Assembly (NCBI RefSeq): GCF_009914755.1
Contig: NC_060925.1
DNA from: the human T2T-CHM13v2.0 reference genome, Homo sapiens
Length of the DNA: 64,000 nt
Reading direction: 5' to 3' (one strand)
This document shows, in pieces, positions 17,001 through 34,850 of the stretch. Made by a program: the position numbers and the translations under genes. The stretch's first letter is position 1. Each line of letters begins with the position of its first letter. The notes beneath the pieces were generated by a model, which ran no database searches, was not told the origin of the DNA, and was given only the letters and a program-made list of their open reading frames with translations.

Positions 17001-17620
17001 TATATATATATGCATATATATGTGTGTGTGTATATGTATAGGCATATATATGTGTAAATATATATGTATATATACATATCATATATACACGTATATATAT
17101 CCACATATGTGTATACATACATATGTATATATGTATACACATTTATATACATATATACATATGTGTATATGTACACGTATATATACATATGTGTATATGT
17201 ACACGTATATATACATATGTGTATATGTACACGTATATATACATATGTGTATATGTACACGTATATATACATATGTGTATATGTACACGTATATATACAT
17301 GTGTATATGTACACGTATGTATACATGTGTATATGTACACGTATGTATACATATGTGTATATGTACACGTATATACATATCATATATACATATATGTGTA
17401 TATATACACGTATATATACATATCATATGTACATATGTGTATATATACACATATATACATATCATATATATACATATATGTGTATATATACACGTATATA
17501 TACATATCATATATACATATATGTGTATATATACACGTATATATACATATCATATATATAATATATGTGTATATATACACGTATATATATACACACACAC
17601 ATATATATACATATATATAT
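17001..17620. repeat. AT-rich alternating purine-pyrimidine minisatellite
   Basis: Five perfect 28-bp units atgtgtatatgtacacgtatatatacat at 17161-17300, then 26-bp variants and longer atcatatatacat-containing units. Confidence 0.97.
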
Positions 17621-17719
17621 AATATATTTAAAAACAAATCCACAGAGAACAACACTCAGTACAAATAGCGTTCTTTATATTTTGGCTGTCTGAAATTTGA
17701 CTTCCCTTCCTATTTGCAG

Positions 17720-18171
17720 GAAATTTAAATCATATGAAGCATTGGTAGGACACAGGAACTATCCCCATTTCACAAGTCTTTGAAAAGAGGGTCTTACTCT
17801 TTCTACTGTCTTGCAACCAAAAAACCAGTACATGATCTAGGCCTAGGCAACTGAAGATCCAGCCCAAAGTTTTAACCTCACAATCAGAAAAGTGGTTAAA
17901 TTGTATTTGTGGTAGTGTGTTGTGCAGCATCTCCTGACAGTATCCCATGATGGCAGTAGTGGTGGATATCAACCCTGGTAGAGGCTGTATTAGCTGGACA
18001 ACTCTTGGTGTTCATTCTCTGAGCCTTTTCGTTTTTTGCCCATTTTCTAAGCCTGCTGTTCCTGCCTTCTTTGATTCCATAAGCCATCTTGTATCCTGCC
18101 AATAAATCTCCTTTCACTTCTGACAGCCAGTCAGTTTCTGTTGCTTGCAATTAAGAGTGTTAATTGATACA
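17720..18171 (+). mobile_element. Old ERVL-type LTR (LTR33-like)
   Basis: 3' terminus aataaatctcctt...gccagtcagtttctgttgcttgcaa...tgataca. 5' boundary uncertain. Confidence 0.55.
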
Positions 18172-19599
18172 GGCAGTTGGCCACTATCCAGTGTGGAGTG
18201 ACATTATTGCCTGGGTTATGGCATCACACTTCCTGACAAGTTGCTGACCTCTTTTTATTTAGTCTCCAAGTGGTTGCTTTTTGCTCAGGGATACAATATC
18301 TGGTCCAATAAATTGTGGTCAAGGTAGCCAGGACACACACTTTTACGGCAGGTGTATGCCAAATACTGCTTCTGTTTACTTTTCTTTAGAAAGGAGCTAT
18401 TGGCCTGGCCGAGCAGGTCCTTAGTTTCATGGACTATGTGGAAATTACAAGAGTAAGGCATCAACTTTGTCCTCAAAGAACTTACAATCAAGTTATAGTT
18501 TCAGTTGTGACACTTAAACTATGTCAGGTTCAGCAGAATATAAAAATGGCCTTTAGAATTACAATACATCTCTATTCCTCTATAAATCATTTAGCATTTT
18601 AATATGTCATAATGAGTAAGCCCTCATATAATTCAGGAGACCCTTGCAGAAAGAAGTGATAAATATCACCCAGATCCAGGAAAGCTTTATTTGAAATGTA
18701 TTAACAGTGGCTATGATTTCTACAAGATGGATATGTAGACAGAGAACAGTAATATAGTCCATAAGGGAAAATATCTTGAGGCACTGAAGTTAAATTAAAA
18801 TATGATCTCCCTTTCATTCTCAATACCTGCATGATTACCAATTCGACAAGGATCTTTCATTTATCCCAACTCAACTTTACAGAAGTGCCTGAAGCCTACA
18901 TTGTTGATAAAACAGTTGATGAAGTTTTCATGGGGGAAAAAAATCTTTAAAGTGCTTGATATACAAAATCATATTAGTACTAAAACAGATGGGTATTTAC
19001 TTTTGCAATATTCAACAAATGCAGAGTACCCAAAGGACTGCTAAATTTAGATAGTTTAAAACTTTGCGCTTTTTTTCACTTAACAAGGAACATACTATGG
19101 TGAACTTTGCTGGTTATGTAATTAACACCTAGAAGCAGCAGCACCTAATTAGATTTTTACATCATCTGGGCAAAGGCAGCATCCAGCACTATAAAGAAGT
19201 CTTTATTTCATACCTTTCAAATTGCTACTATTCCTAGAACTTAACATAAAACTGCTAAAATCACAAATGCAACTCACAGATTTCTTACTGCTTTTTCCTT
19301 TTTTTGAAAGTGAATAATTTGTGGGAATACTGAAACCTTCTGAATCTGGACCAATGTCCTTAAATGAGCACTTGCAACTATCCTGCCTCTAACCATGAAA
19401 GCTTTACAGTCTTCATGGTTTAGGCCATTCTGGGTTTGGTAAAATAAACAGACATAAAAATGATCCAAAACAATCTGCTCTACTTGAAGTGTTTATGAAG
19501 TGAATGAAAACTTAGCAGTGGAGTGATTACTTTTTATTAACTTCTAGAGTGTGTGTGTATGAGAGAGATGTGAGGAGACAACAGTGAAGGTGATTGTAG

Positions 19600-20645
19600 T
19601 TTGGAATCTTGAGGGATTCACAAAATCACTGGCTGGAGTAGAGCCTATGGAAAAATGTATGACTAAAAAATACTTAAGAAAAGGTTCAAAAGCATAGGAA
19701 TGCATGGTATCATATGAAATGGGAAGGAAACTAGTGCATATGAAGGAAGCAGGGAGGAGACATGTCCACATGGTTCAGCTAGAGTTTAGGGTCAATTTTT
19801 GAAAGATTTTGTGCCTTATCCTTTAGGCATTAAGAAAACATGGAAGGCCATATGTTTAATCCATGTTTTAGAAACATAACTCTTATATATGTCTATGGGG
19901 TGAGAGTATAAGAGTCCAAGCAGGAGACCAATCAGAAAGAGAAGGTATGGCTAATGTGAAACAATGTCAGTGAAAATCAATAATTTCAAGTGGACTAGGA
20001 TGTTATTTTAAAGATGAATGTTAAAAAGTTTCAAGATAAGGACAAATCAGAGTTGGGGAATGAAAATTTAAAATTTTGCAGATTTCAATTGCTGGAGGAT
20101 AGTAATGTATTCAATCAAGTTAGGAAACACAAGAGAAGCAGGTTTTGGCAAGGGCTGGGGAAGGGTGAATGAATTTCAGATACATTGAGTTTGAGGTCTC
20201 TATGGGACATCTACCTGAAAGAATCTGGTTGAGAGTTAATAGAAATCTGGATCTCAGAAAGGAGTTTTGGAAACATAGATTTGAGAGTCATTGGCATAAC
20301 TCTCAAATTAAACTCTAATTAGTAGATGGTGGTTGATGTCTTGTGAATGGATGAGAAGATGGAAGGAAAAGGGCTTAAGCTTTGGGATCATTAATACTAA
20401 GGTGCAGAATCCTTATAATGGTCAGAGAGAGAGGAGAACAACCAGGAAAAATATAAATGAGAAGACCACTTCCCCTAAAAAAGATGTGGATGAAATTATT
20501 GAGGTAAAATACTGCAGAGAAATTAGGTAGAATGAAGACTGAAATGTAAGTAATAGAATATACCACTCACAGTTATTGGCAACTTATGGGAATGTAGTTA
20601 TAGACACCTAATAAGATGGAAGGCAGATTGCAAGGGGTTAAGAAA
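19600..20645 (-). mobile_element. Degenerate L2 fragment(s)
   Basis: Motifs acattgagtttgaggtctctatgggacatc and atagatttgagagtcattggcata. Confidence 0.55.
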
Positions 20646-23343
20646 TTAATATTTGCAAACATATAGTCAAAGAAAACTAACAATAAATTAATCTGAACTA
20701 TCAGAGTCTATAACTGTGTTTTACATAAAATACGTATAAAACAAATATAGCAATTAATTATCATTTTACAGTTCTCACAATTAGAACTAATGACATGATG
20801 AAAGAGATCATCTGTTATGTTACAAGGCAATAAGTGTATGTAAAGATAAAGAGATTATAAGACATTTTAAAATAAATCAATTGTGGTTTAAACAACATCC
20901 TGAATTCTTACAATGTGAAACCAGCAACTGTCTGAGACACCAAAAATGAACTTTGCTTATTAAACACATAATTGAGATCACAGGCCTAAATAGGACCTGA
21001 AGAAGTTCCCAGACAATATTAAAACTAACATATATACCACAGTTAATGATTTTCCAAGTCCTCTCACCTATTAGCTTTACGGTGCTTAAATCATTCCAGC
21101 TTTCTTATTTTCTTTCAAATTATCCCTAGCAACAGATACAGTAGACTCTGCTTCTCATAATATTTATAATCATCAAATTCCAATGAATATTTTTCTTATC
21201 CTGCTACAGATTAAAATCATATCTACTTGTCTTACCTTGAATGAGAAAAGAAACAACTATTTACCATAATTCATTCAATATTCCTACATTATATTTTTCA
21301 AATGTTATTTTCCTGATTATAAAAAAAGTTCTTAATTATTGTGGAAGCAAATACCAACTTGAATAAAGAAGAAAAAACTAAAATTACTCATAATGAAACA
21401 ACTAAATAGAAATAAAATTAAAAAGGTCTATTTCCTTTGAGTAAGAAAATTTTACTCCTTTATTGAGTAAATACACTGTACTCAAAATTTAATGCTTATC
21501 ATTTTTAGTTATATATCCTTCATTTTTATATAAGGTGCATTCCCTATGTCACTAAGCTTCTTTAAAAATACTATTTTAACAGTCATATATTTCATATAAT
21601 AATTTATAAATCATATAGATACACCCTATTTTACTTAATTATTTATTTCTCAATTTTTGGATGTTGAGATTATTTCCAGGTTTTGTTATAAATAACATGG
21701 CACTAAATCTCTTCTAATAGGTGGTGCTCATACATTGCCTTGCTTTTGATGCTACGTGCTGTGTTCATAGGCAAAACTGATATTACAAAAAGCAAATACA
21801 TAACAATAGGCATTTAGAAGATATAACTTCTTAGAAGAACTGGGTAATCCATAGCTCTGGGCCTGGCACAAGCAGGAACTTTGATGCTGTATGTTAACAC
21901 AAGGGCAACTGATGAAGGAGATATAAGTGGGTATTTCAGTTGATGCACGATACCCATCCACAATTGGTCTTCAAATCTCCTCTGTCCTCTGAGAGAGAGT
22001 AGAGTATACAGGGCTTCTATGTCTTGCTCACATACAGATCTCCTCTCAGATAGCACATGCATAATTCGATTTGTCCACAATGTATAATCTGAGCCTAGGT
22101 TATTCATAATAGAATTGCCTAAACCTTATACACCATAGAGATGCCTCTTAAGAAATAAAACAGTAATGCTACTATATTATAGACATGGTTATTTCTAAAT
22201 AATTAAGAAAGAGACAATAGCCTATATAATACATATAAATCATGGCATGCAGCGAAAACCAGTCACTATATAGTATGTTAGGAAAGTCATATTAGTCTAC
22301 TTATGTTTAACTCCCAGGCCAGAGTTTATTAATGTTGTTTCCTCCATCCACAATATCCATCCCATTCATATCACACACACTTGCTCCTGCCCTTGAGTGA
22401 ATTTACTCATTTACTTTTCCTTCAGATTTTACTCAGATTTTTGCTTAATAGAAATGTACTTAACAGATGAATAAATGAATACTACTTGTTATATAACTGG
22501 ATACTATGATAAAATTATTTGAAAAGTATCAATAGTGTTATAGGTATCCAAAAGACACATTAGTTAGAAAAGATAACAGAACTATATACTACTAGAAAAG
22601 GGAAAAATGGTCAGATTACATAAAATATAGGTTTACTTTTACAAAGTATACTTAAGTAGTATTTTGTTAATCATTTCAGAGTTATATATTTACTTTTATA
22701 CAAATAAATGTACTTAAAGTATGCTGAAATTTTACTGTGATTATGTTGCAATCAATTATTACAGAAAAGTTGTGAATATTCAAGTTGGACTTATTTGTAT
22801 CAGCTCTTTACACCAAAGGGCTTTTTATTGTATGCTTTTGTTTTATTTCACATTTAATTAAAGCTAATAATTTGTTTAAAGTTTGATTAGAGAAAATATT
22901 TTCCAAGGTGAGTGAGAAACAACTTCTGAATATTACTTCCTAGATTTTTGGACAATTTGGTAGGATGAACTTAAGCCTAAAGCACCTATTAAACAAGAAG
23001 GAAAAGAAGAATAATAGTAAATCTGAATTTTGTTAAGATTTCATGAATAGAAATGAGCATTACAAAAAGATATTTCAGGATGTGGAAATGCTACCAATTT
23101 GAATACTGCATAAATTCATTTTTGTGGTGATGTCACTAACTTTGAATTATCCGTATTAGAGTGGGAACAGCCATTTATATTACAAGCATATTCAAAATAA
23201 AGTATATGTCTCTTTGGGATGTAATCAGCATTACAAATGTACACTGCTAACATTCTTTATTTTCAGTATTTAATCCTGTATTAAAGTGATGTTTGATGAG
23301 CACTCTGTGGCTACTAATGGGTAAGGGTAAGAAATAATTTTGA

Positions 23344-23684
<341 letters not shown>

Positions 23685-24337
23685 CTAGATAAATGTCTTA
23701 CCCTATGTTTGAACACAGATTCACAAAAGAATGACTATCAGGTCATTTTTACCATGTTTGTGACTTTTGATGAAGGTTAAAATTTACAAAGAATGGAAAT
23801 ATTTTGATATCTTATTTCTATGATATTTCTGGTCACTTCTAGAATACCAAAATATGCAATGTATTTCCATCTCAAAAAAAATTCAAGTCCTAACTTGACT
23901 ACAACTTTCGTTATTATGTATATATGTATATAATCCTAATATACAAGAAACATTTTACTTATATTTCTTAATTCCTAATTAGATAGTGAACAACTGTTTG
24001 GACATTAAATTTCCTGTATTTTGCCCTGACACAATATAAAGTGAATCAATAAAAATAAATACTGATTTTCCTGGCTTTAAAAGAAATCAGGATGAGCTCA
24101 AAAGCAGCCCTAAAAAATTGAAAATTGAAAAGATGATAAGTTCATTCTCTTTTATATCACTCCTTGTTGTGGTTCATTGTTATAACTGTTGTTTAATTAA
24201 TATCCAAACTTGCATAATAACTAAAGTATGTGAATGGTAAACAGTAGGGTATCATCAGCCATAATTATCTTATTTGCCTAGTAGTGGGCTGCATGTTATA
24301 TAACCAGTCTGTAATAATCCTTATTTGATGATACTCA

Positions 24338-24560
24338 TTAATTCATTCACTCCACAAATATGTATTCAACTGCTACTCTATCTGCCAGAGCTCGACAGTA
24401 ATAAGACAAAGCTACTTTTCTCATGAAGTTTTCATTCTAGTGGAAAATATGATAAGAACAAAATAAATAAGTAATATAATTTCAAGTAGGTGATTTAAAA
24501 ATATACAACAGGGCAAGGGATGAGGGGGTAGAGAGTGGCTGTAAGGGTGTGGTACACTGG
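24338..24560 (-). mobile_element. L2 3'-end fragment
   Basis: attcattcactccacaaatatgtattcaactgctactcta...ctcatgaagttttcattctagtgg. Confidence 0.6.
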
Positions 24561-25069
24561 GGATGAATTACCTTGGATAACCTTTTGGGAAAGTCACAGT
24601 TAACTCCGTATATTCTATAACTACACAAATTATCCATTTGCTTTTATAGTTGCCTTTAAATTATTTTAATTTCATGAACTTAAATTTTGTCTTTGCTCAC
24701 AGATTTTGAGTTGCTCAAAGTTAGAGATCATGTATTTTTTCATCATGCAATATCATCCACAGGGACAATCATAATATTGGTACATGAAAGACACAGTAGA
24801 TATCTTTGTTGACTGAATATTAATTCTTGACTAAATATTCATTACTTAGATAAAACTTTTTAAAAATAAAACGCAACTGCAAAGCAAATGTAATGCTGAC
24901 ATATTTCATATGATCATTGCCTGTCTACATGATCCAGTTCTATATAACACAGTAAGAGGAAACTGAGATACAGGTGTGAGAAAGCTTCTAAGAGTTAGGA
25001 TAACTCTTAGCCAAGTCACTAGCTCACACCAGCCTCATGACTCAAATTTTTTGCAAACCTATATATTGA

Positions 25070-25367
25070 GGATGGGTGTGGTGGCTCATGCCTGTAATTC
25101 CAGTGTTTTAGGAGGTCAAGACAGGAGGATCGCTTGAGGCCAGGAGTTCAGAGCCAGCCTACGTAACAAAGACCTCTTCTCTACAGAAAAAGAGGAAATT
25201 AAAAAGTTAGTCAGGCGTGGTGGTGTGTGACTGTAGTCCTAGCTACTTGGGAGGATGCGGCAGGAGGCTCGCTTGAGCCCAGGAGAGTTCGAGGTTACAG
25301 TAAGCTATGGCTGTGCGACTGTACTACATCCTGGATGACAGAGCAAGACCCTGTCTCAAACAAACAA
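25070..25367 (+). mobile_element. AluJ element
   Basis: Diverged dimer with AluJ features (ggaggatcgcttgaggccagg, gcttgagcccagg, gaccctgtctc). Confidence 0.93.
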
Positions 25368-25979
25368 CCCCCCTGCCAAAATTGTGTATTGGTATATTTT
25401 ATACGAGTCCATTCACCAATAGTTGAAACTGCAAATGTTTGCACTCATGTTCATATGGGTTATGGGTAGGTAATGAGATTTTCTTCACAAAGGAGAAAAG
25501 CAAAGAAGGAGGAAAGAAAGACTAAAGAAGACTAGAGCTAATAAATTAAATTATTAATAACTCCTCTGAAGTATTATAACATTTAGCTTTTGCTACAAAT
25601 TATATGATGATGCCATTTGTGTAGGGCAGCTTAAGAATAAAGAATAGTGTTTTTGTTGTTGTTCAGACATGGATACAGGATAATATAAAGAATGCTTGTG
25701 ATTTTATTAAGAAAATAACTTTAAAATTCCACTTGGAAGCTATATATGTTCAGGTCAGGATGAAAAATTCTGAGAAATACAGATCTAATGGGAGTATTAA
25801 CGGGATATTCTCATCACTGTTTTATCTATTATCCAGAAACTTTTACCTTAGAAGAAAGAATGCTTTATTTCTCTCGTATTCAAGGTTTACATATCCAGGT
25901 CCTATGAATTCCATCTGAGATGCTATTAGTTGATCATTGTTATCTTCTAATTGTGTGCCTAGGAACACTGAGAATTCCG

Positions 25980-26121
25980 TTGGTATTTCTGAGCCTAGAT
26001 CTACTGTCCAGAGTCATACACCCTTCTTGTCCAGCTCTGCAAGTGGTAATCTGAAGTCTGAGCTGCTTCTCTACAATGAGGCACACATCCTGTCTATTCC
26101 TGTAGTCTCTGAGCTAGTTCT
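25980..26121 (+). repeat. Donor copy (142 bp) of a local dispersed duplication
   Basis: About 90% identical to 27121-27260, same orientation, by manual alignment. Confidence 0.95.
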
Positions 26122-26940
26122 GCTTCTGTTTTACAATTTAACTACTTTAAATGGGCCAGATTGTTTTTGGAAAATTTAAAAGAGCTAAATAAAAATGTAC
26201 ATGTATAAAACAGAGTTATTTCAAGTTTCTCACACATGCATTCAATTTTTATTAAACACACACGCATATATGTATTTTTAGCAATATAATAAGGATGGTA
26301 GTAATATTAAAGTAGAACTAGGAATAGCATTACTATAGGCAAATTATTGAACTAGGAATTCTGAGTTTGAAGGCTTGATGATTTCGTTGAGTTTTGTGTC
26401 CTAGAAGCATCTTCATCTGCTCCAAGCCAAGTACTCTGTCTTCATGCTTGGGCATGAATACAATTCAAGATAGTTACCAACAAAACGATAGTGGTGCCTT
26501 GTCATGTAATAGAAAAGATATTGCACTTTTTTGATTCCTGACATAGTATGAATAGTAATGTAAATCACAAACTCTGGAAAAATGAACAAAATGCATAGTC
26601 AAGTAAGTAAATTCTTTATTATTGTTGATGGATACATTGAAAAACACAAAAGAGGCTGAAATTAAATAATCTAAATCTCTGAGAGTCATAGACTAAACAT
26701 TTGCTGTTTCAACTATTTGTGAATGGTTGTAAAGAACATATTAATATGTAATTCTGTAAGAAACTTGAATCATGCAGTGAGGGTATGTGAATGACTCACA
26801 TGGCTAAGAATGAGTTGAACTTTCAAGAGCTTTTCCAGCTAGCCCCTACACTGTAGTCTCAACTCTTTTTTTAACTTAGTAGTTTAATTTTGTGAAGTTT
26901 TATTTAAAAGACCCCCAAAGAAAGCCAACTGCTAATTCTT

Positions 26941-27375
26941 TTTTTTTTTTTTTTCAGACAGAGTCTTGCTCTGCCACCAGGCTGGAGTGCAGTGCCATGA
27001 TCTGCTCACTGCAACCTCCGCCTCCCTGGTTTTCAAGCGATTACCCTGTCTCAGGCTCCCAAGTAGCTGGGACTATAGGCATGCACCACCATGCCTGGCT
27101 AATTTTTTGTATTTTAATATTTGGTATTTCTGGGCCTAGATCTACTGTCCAGAGTAATACACCCTTCTTGCCCAGCTCTGCAAGTGGTGGTCTGTAGTCA
27201 GAGCTGCTTCTTTATAATGATGCACATTCGGTCTATTCCTGTAGTCTCTGAGCTAGTTCTAGAGATGGAGTTTCACCATGTTGGCCAGGATGGTCTTGAT
27301 CTCCTGACCTTGTGATCCGCCCTTCTCGGCCTCCCAAAGTGCTGGGATTACAGGTGTGAGCCACCATGCCCGGCC
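26941..27375 (-). mobile_element. AluSc-like element split by a 140-bp insertion in its central linker
   Basis: Right arm 26941-27119, left arm 27261-27375; TSD ccaactgctaattctt (26925-26940) / ccaattgctaagtctt (27376-27391). Confidence 0.95.
27121..27260 (+). repeat. Inserted copy of 25980-26121 inside the Alu
   Basis: About 12 substitutions and one 2-bp gap against the donor. Confidence 0.95.
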
Positions 27376-27386
27376 CCAATTGCTAA

Positions 27387-27697
<311 letters not shown>

Positions 27698-29124
27698 GAA
27701 TTTTTAAGTACAGTTTTTGAAAGTTGATGGGTCCTAGCCAAAAAAGAGAAGTTCTGGATAAATTTGATGGTGACTCAGACAAAAATGAGCATACCATATG
27801 CTCTATATGGAAACAAGAAAAAGTGATATTTGAAAATGTTTTAGCCAGTGCTCAATTCAGAATTTACGTTAATAGCATTATAAACGACTTTAGTTCTGTT
27901 TCTATAGACTCATTAGGGGTCTACAGGGATCATTTAAATATTTCAGTTACACTTTACTGCATTTTATGAGGAAAATTATATATTATAATGATACTTGGGG
28001 ATTTGAGAAGGTCTTGGGACATATCCCTCATGAATATCTAAGTCTCAGCACTAGTAGATTTACTTTTCCCCAATAATTTCTTGTTAATTTTTCAGTAATT
28101 GCAAAAATTTGGCTTACTTAGCTTATTATGGAACTCTACTTTTTTGAAGATGCAGAGTTTTCTTGCAAGTTATTTTAAATTTGACAGTAAAATGCCTAAA
28201 AACTTAAGACTTAAGATGCTAGAGGAACTGCAACTGCTCCAGATGTACAAGTGCTAGCATGGGGTATGGTTGAAGTTATAACCCCTGCTCTTGCTAATTC
28301 CTGCTGCATGGTCATTGTTCAACTCATCTGTCTACATTAAAAAACAAACAAACAAAACAATAGCAGAATTACGGGATTTGTAACATGCATATTGCGTGGT
28401 CTGTGACCATAAGTCGCTTTCAGGCTAGGAGCAAAGACAAAGTCCGAGTAATCAAAGTATTAATAGAAGGTGGTATAGAGTAGGGACTGCAACTTGCAAA
28501 GCAATGAAAAGAATGTTGGCTTTGGATCAACTAAGCCTCTGCTTTCCTGGCTCTGTTGAATAGCAGCTGTATGACTGGTGCTGACCACATAGTAGGAGCT
28601 CAATAAATTATAATTATAAGATCAGTGTCACAAACTACAGTAGAATTTAGAGAAGAGAAGTCATTTTGGATATCAGTGCTCAGCAGAACTATTTAAATTT
28701 GTCCTTGGAGAACAAATAGACTTGATGAGGCAGACATTAGAGGGGAATTTGTGCCGCCACCTAAGAATGAACAAAGGTGCTGTAGGGAACAAGAGAGCCC
28801 GGTGCATATTGGGAAAAGCACTGTGTGTAAGTGTGTTACCACGGAGGTTCTGTGTGTGTTGGGGCAGTGGGGAACAGACCCAAAGAGTAGGTTTTTAAAA
28901 AACGACAGAATGCCTGTCACTGTGACAAACTTCTAGAGAAAATATTTCCTGTGTTTTTCATCATGCTTTCCTTTGCAGCCTGCATAGAAAACTTTGCTGT
29001 CAGCTTTTGTAGAGGCTGCTTCCTAAATTTAATTAGAAGATGTTTCCTAACAGGGAAGCAGAGCCTCCCCTCTTCTTTCCATGGCTGCAGTTTATCTAAT
29101 CAAACTAAGCTCATCAAATTCCTG

Positions 29125-29173
29125 GCTTAGTTGTTCTTCACGCTGGCTATGCATCACAATCATTTATGGAGTT

Positions 29174-29219
<46 letters not shown>

Positions 29220-29325
29220 TGCCTGGGATCCAGAATTCCTGAAGAATCTCAGGAAAAAGGCAGTCCATGTAACTGTTTAAAAGAGCTTCACAGATTCCAA
29301 TATTCAGAAATGATTGCAGGAGAAC
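29125..29325. mobile_element. MER5-like hAT-Charlie relic containing a (CA)n tract
   Basis: gttgttcttcacgctggctatgcatcacaatcat...gatgcctggg...ttaaaagagcttcacagattcca. Confidence 0.45.
29178..29217. repeat. (AC)20 microsatellite
   Basis: Perfect AC run. Confidence 0.97.
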
Positions 29326-30338
29326 TTTGAGCTCATATCACCTTCCTTAGAAATTTTTTAAAACAGGGTGTGAAGGTGGAATCTATTTAGATATGATAAT
29401 GCTGTGTTTCTCCATGGGAATCACTATATATTTTTCCTTAAAACAACTGAATACATAATCATCAGGCATTATTTGTAAAGATGTCAAAACTCAAAGAGTT
29501 CCATTTACCACAGCTCTCTCTAACTTAGTTGGGTCCCCATAGCCCTCTGCATTACCTTTTCCACTCAGCCAATTCAACAGATAGGTATCAAAATAACTCT
29601 AAATTTCTTGCATTTTAAAATAACATATGGGAAAAGAAAATAGTACAGTTGCTGCTTTACTTCAAAGAAGTCCACCTGCCTTTTGAAAGCAAAGACAACA
29701 GAGTCAATTTACTCTTTCATATTTTTTGTCCTTCTGTTCCTCCCCCTCCATCCCAGTGTTTCAAGGCTACCCAGACCTCCTTCTCCCTTTGACTCTCATG
29801 GGCATTTTCCTTTGCTCAGTGTTTCGTATCCTTGTCCTTCGTGTCTTTCTCTATCTCTTCAAGTCTCTCTTTGAGGTGACTGGTTTCATATTTTAGTCAT
29901 GAAGTTATAAACAGCTTAATAGTTTTTCCTTATAAAGAATATTCATATTTTAAAAGAAAGCTCCAAAAAAGCAACAATGTGACAGTGTCTCCACCTCACA
30001 GAATGACTCAATAATAGTGCATAATTCAAACACCATGGCACAATAATAGAAGAGATACATTTGAGCAAGTAAGCCTTTATGGAGTGCCTCTTGAATTACA
30101 CCTGGTAGGCTATTCAAAGCCTGACCCAGAACAGGTAAATGCAGTATCAATGAGCCCAAATCAATTTTGAAAGTTTTACAGCAGTTTTTAAAACATAACT
30201 GCAAAGATGATTTAAAGAACTAAGTCTAGTAAAACCACCAGGCATCAAACCTGAGGTGTCGATACCTACTAGGTTCTCAATAAGTGTTTGTAGAATGAAT
30301 GGATGTACTAACATATTTAAATCATATCAAGGAAAGAA

Positions 30339-30635
30339 GGCTGGGTGTGATGGCTCATGCCTGTGGTTCCAGCACTTTGGGAGGCCGAGGTGGGCAGATC
30401 ACCTGAGGTCAGGAGTCCAAGACCAGCCTGGCCAACAAGGCAAAACTCTGTCTCTACTAAAAATACAAAAAATTAGCCTGGCACGGTGGCGTGTACCTGT
30501 AGTCCCAGCTACTCAGAAGGCTGAGGCAGGAGAATTGCTTGAACCCAGGAAGCAGAGGTTACAGTGAGCTGAGATTGCACCACTGTATTCCAGCCTGGGT
30601 GACAAGAGCAAAACTCCATCTCAAAACAAACAAAC
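30339..30635 (+). mobile_element. AluSq-like element
   Basis: Full dimer with gacaagagc diagnostic; perfect 19-bp TSD aaatcatatcaaggaaaga (30319-30337 / 30636-30654). Confidence 0.97.
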
Positions 30636-32144
30636 AAATCATATCAAGGAAAGAGATGTGAATCAGGAGCTAGGAAAGCTGAGTTCTACTTCTGACTTAG
30701 GAACAAGGTGAAAATGGAACAGCAGAGGGTAGAAACTGAAGTGGTCACAGAGATGGGATTGAATGGAAAAATACAATGTTAAAGAGGTTTCAAGGAGAAG
30801 TTATAAATAAGGTCAAATTCTGTGCAGTACATGAAAAGGGAGATGATTGTGAAAACGTGACTGGTGACACTTCTGATAGTGTTTTGAGCAGAGTAGGAGA
30901 AAGCACAGACAGAAAGAGTTTGGAGAGTGGAAGCAAAGAATTTTCTGAATGACCAGAAAGGAAGGAATGATGAAAAATAGACAAGTGTATTGAGAGGGTG
31001 GCAGAATCAAAGCAATTTTTATCATGCATGTAGGAGAATGGGAATGGACCATGAAGAGGCAGAAATGAAAAATGTAAAAGCTGAACAGAGAGTAAGATTT
31101 TTAAGAAGTTGATGAGGCTCAGATTAAGCATATGAGTAGGGAAGTTTGTCTCCGAAAGGAGAAGTTCTTCTATCTGATACTGAGCTTAAAGTACAATGCC
31201 GAGCAGAAACAAATATTCCCAGGTGAGTCAGAGCTGGGAGGAAGCAGAATTCCTCAGGACTCTATCAAATACCTCGTGTTATGCTTCCTGTCCAAACGAA
31301 AGCTACTAATTTCCCACTCTCCATCCTTCTGCCCTGACCACCACATGCTGGCTCACCTCTGTAGTGTAACACATCTCATTCACCTAGGCCTCCTAAGACA
31401 GCCCTCTGATTTCCACTGTTCTAAGACAGAACACCTTCAAACGAGATCTTAGCTGATGGCTGACCTCCTAGGCCTTTTGCTAAGAAACTACCAGGGCTAA
31501 GTTGAAGGCTCATGACTTAACACATTTTTTTTTTTGGAATTGGTTTCCAGTTAGGAGATTGTCTCAAATGAAAGCAATACAGATCTGAGTGGAATTTTTA
31601 AAAAGCTGTATTTCCAGAGACACTTTAAGTCTGGCAGAATGGCATGGGATTGCTTAACAGTTGAGTACCATTTAACTATGTTAACATTTATGACTGTGCC
31701 AATACTGGGCAAGGGTTATTCCCCGGCAAGAGGACCTGAAGCTGTGGCACTCAGTCTGGCTACACAAAGAACTTGCTTTATTTCATGGGAAGTGAGTTGC
31801 CACTAAATCTCCCAGGCAGAATGGGCTCTGTACTTAGTACCATTGACAACTTACACCTTGATTCTCTCCTTCTCCTTTTCTAAATGTAGTGGTTCCTCCA
31901 TTCCTGTTTGCTAAATGTGTCTGTTATTATACAGTCTATTTGTTACAGAGTTTTATACATGAAGTATCAAGACATTATGGTGTCATTATTTTCACCTGCC
32001 ACTTTAACCCCACAGCTATTTTTACTGAGACATTGGGAAAATTAGATTCATTAGAGATAATCTAAGCAAAATAAAGGTGAAAATAAAAAAAATTGTATAC
32101 GGTAAAACCTTTACACTTGGTGGCAATATTTAAAACTGTGAAAA

Positions 32145-34850
<2,706 letters not shown>

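Noticed and set aside
17000-17668. Many overlapping Y/I/H/C/V/T-rich ORFs up to 200 aa on both strands
   Set aside because: Artefact of the RY minisatellite, which lacks stop codons.
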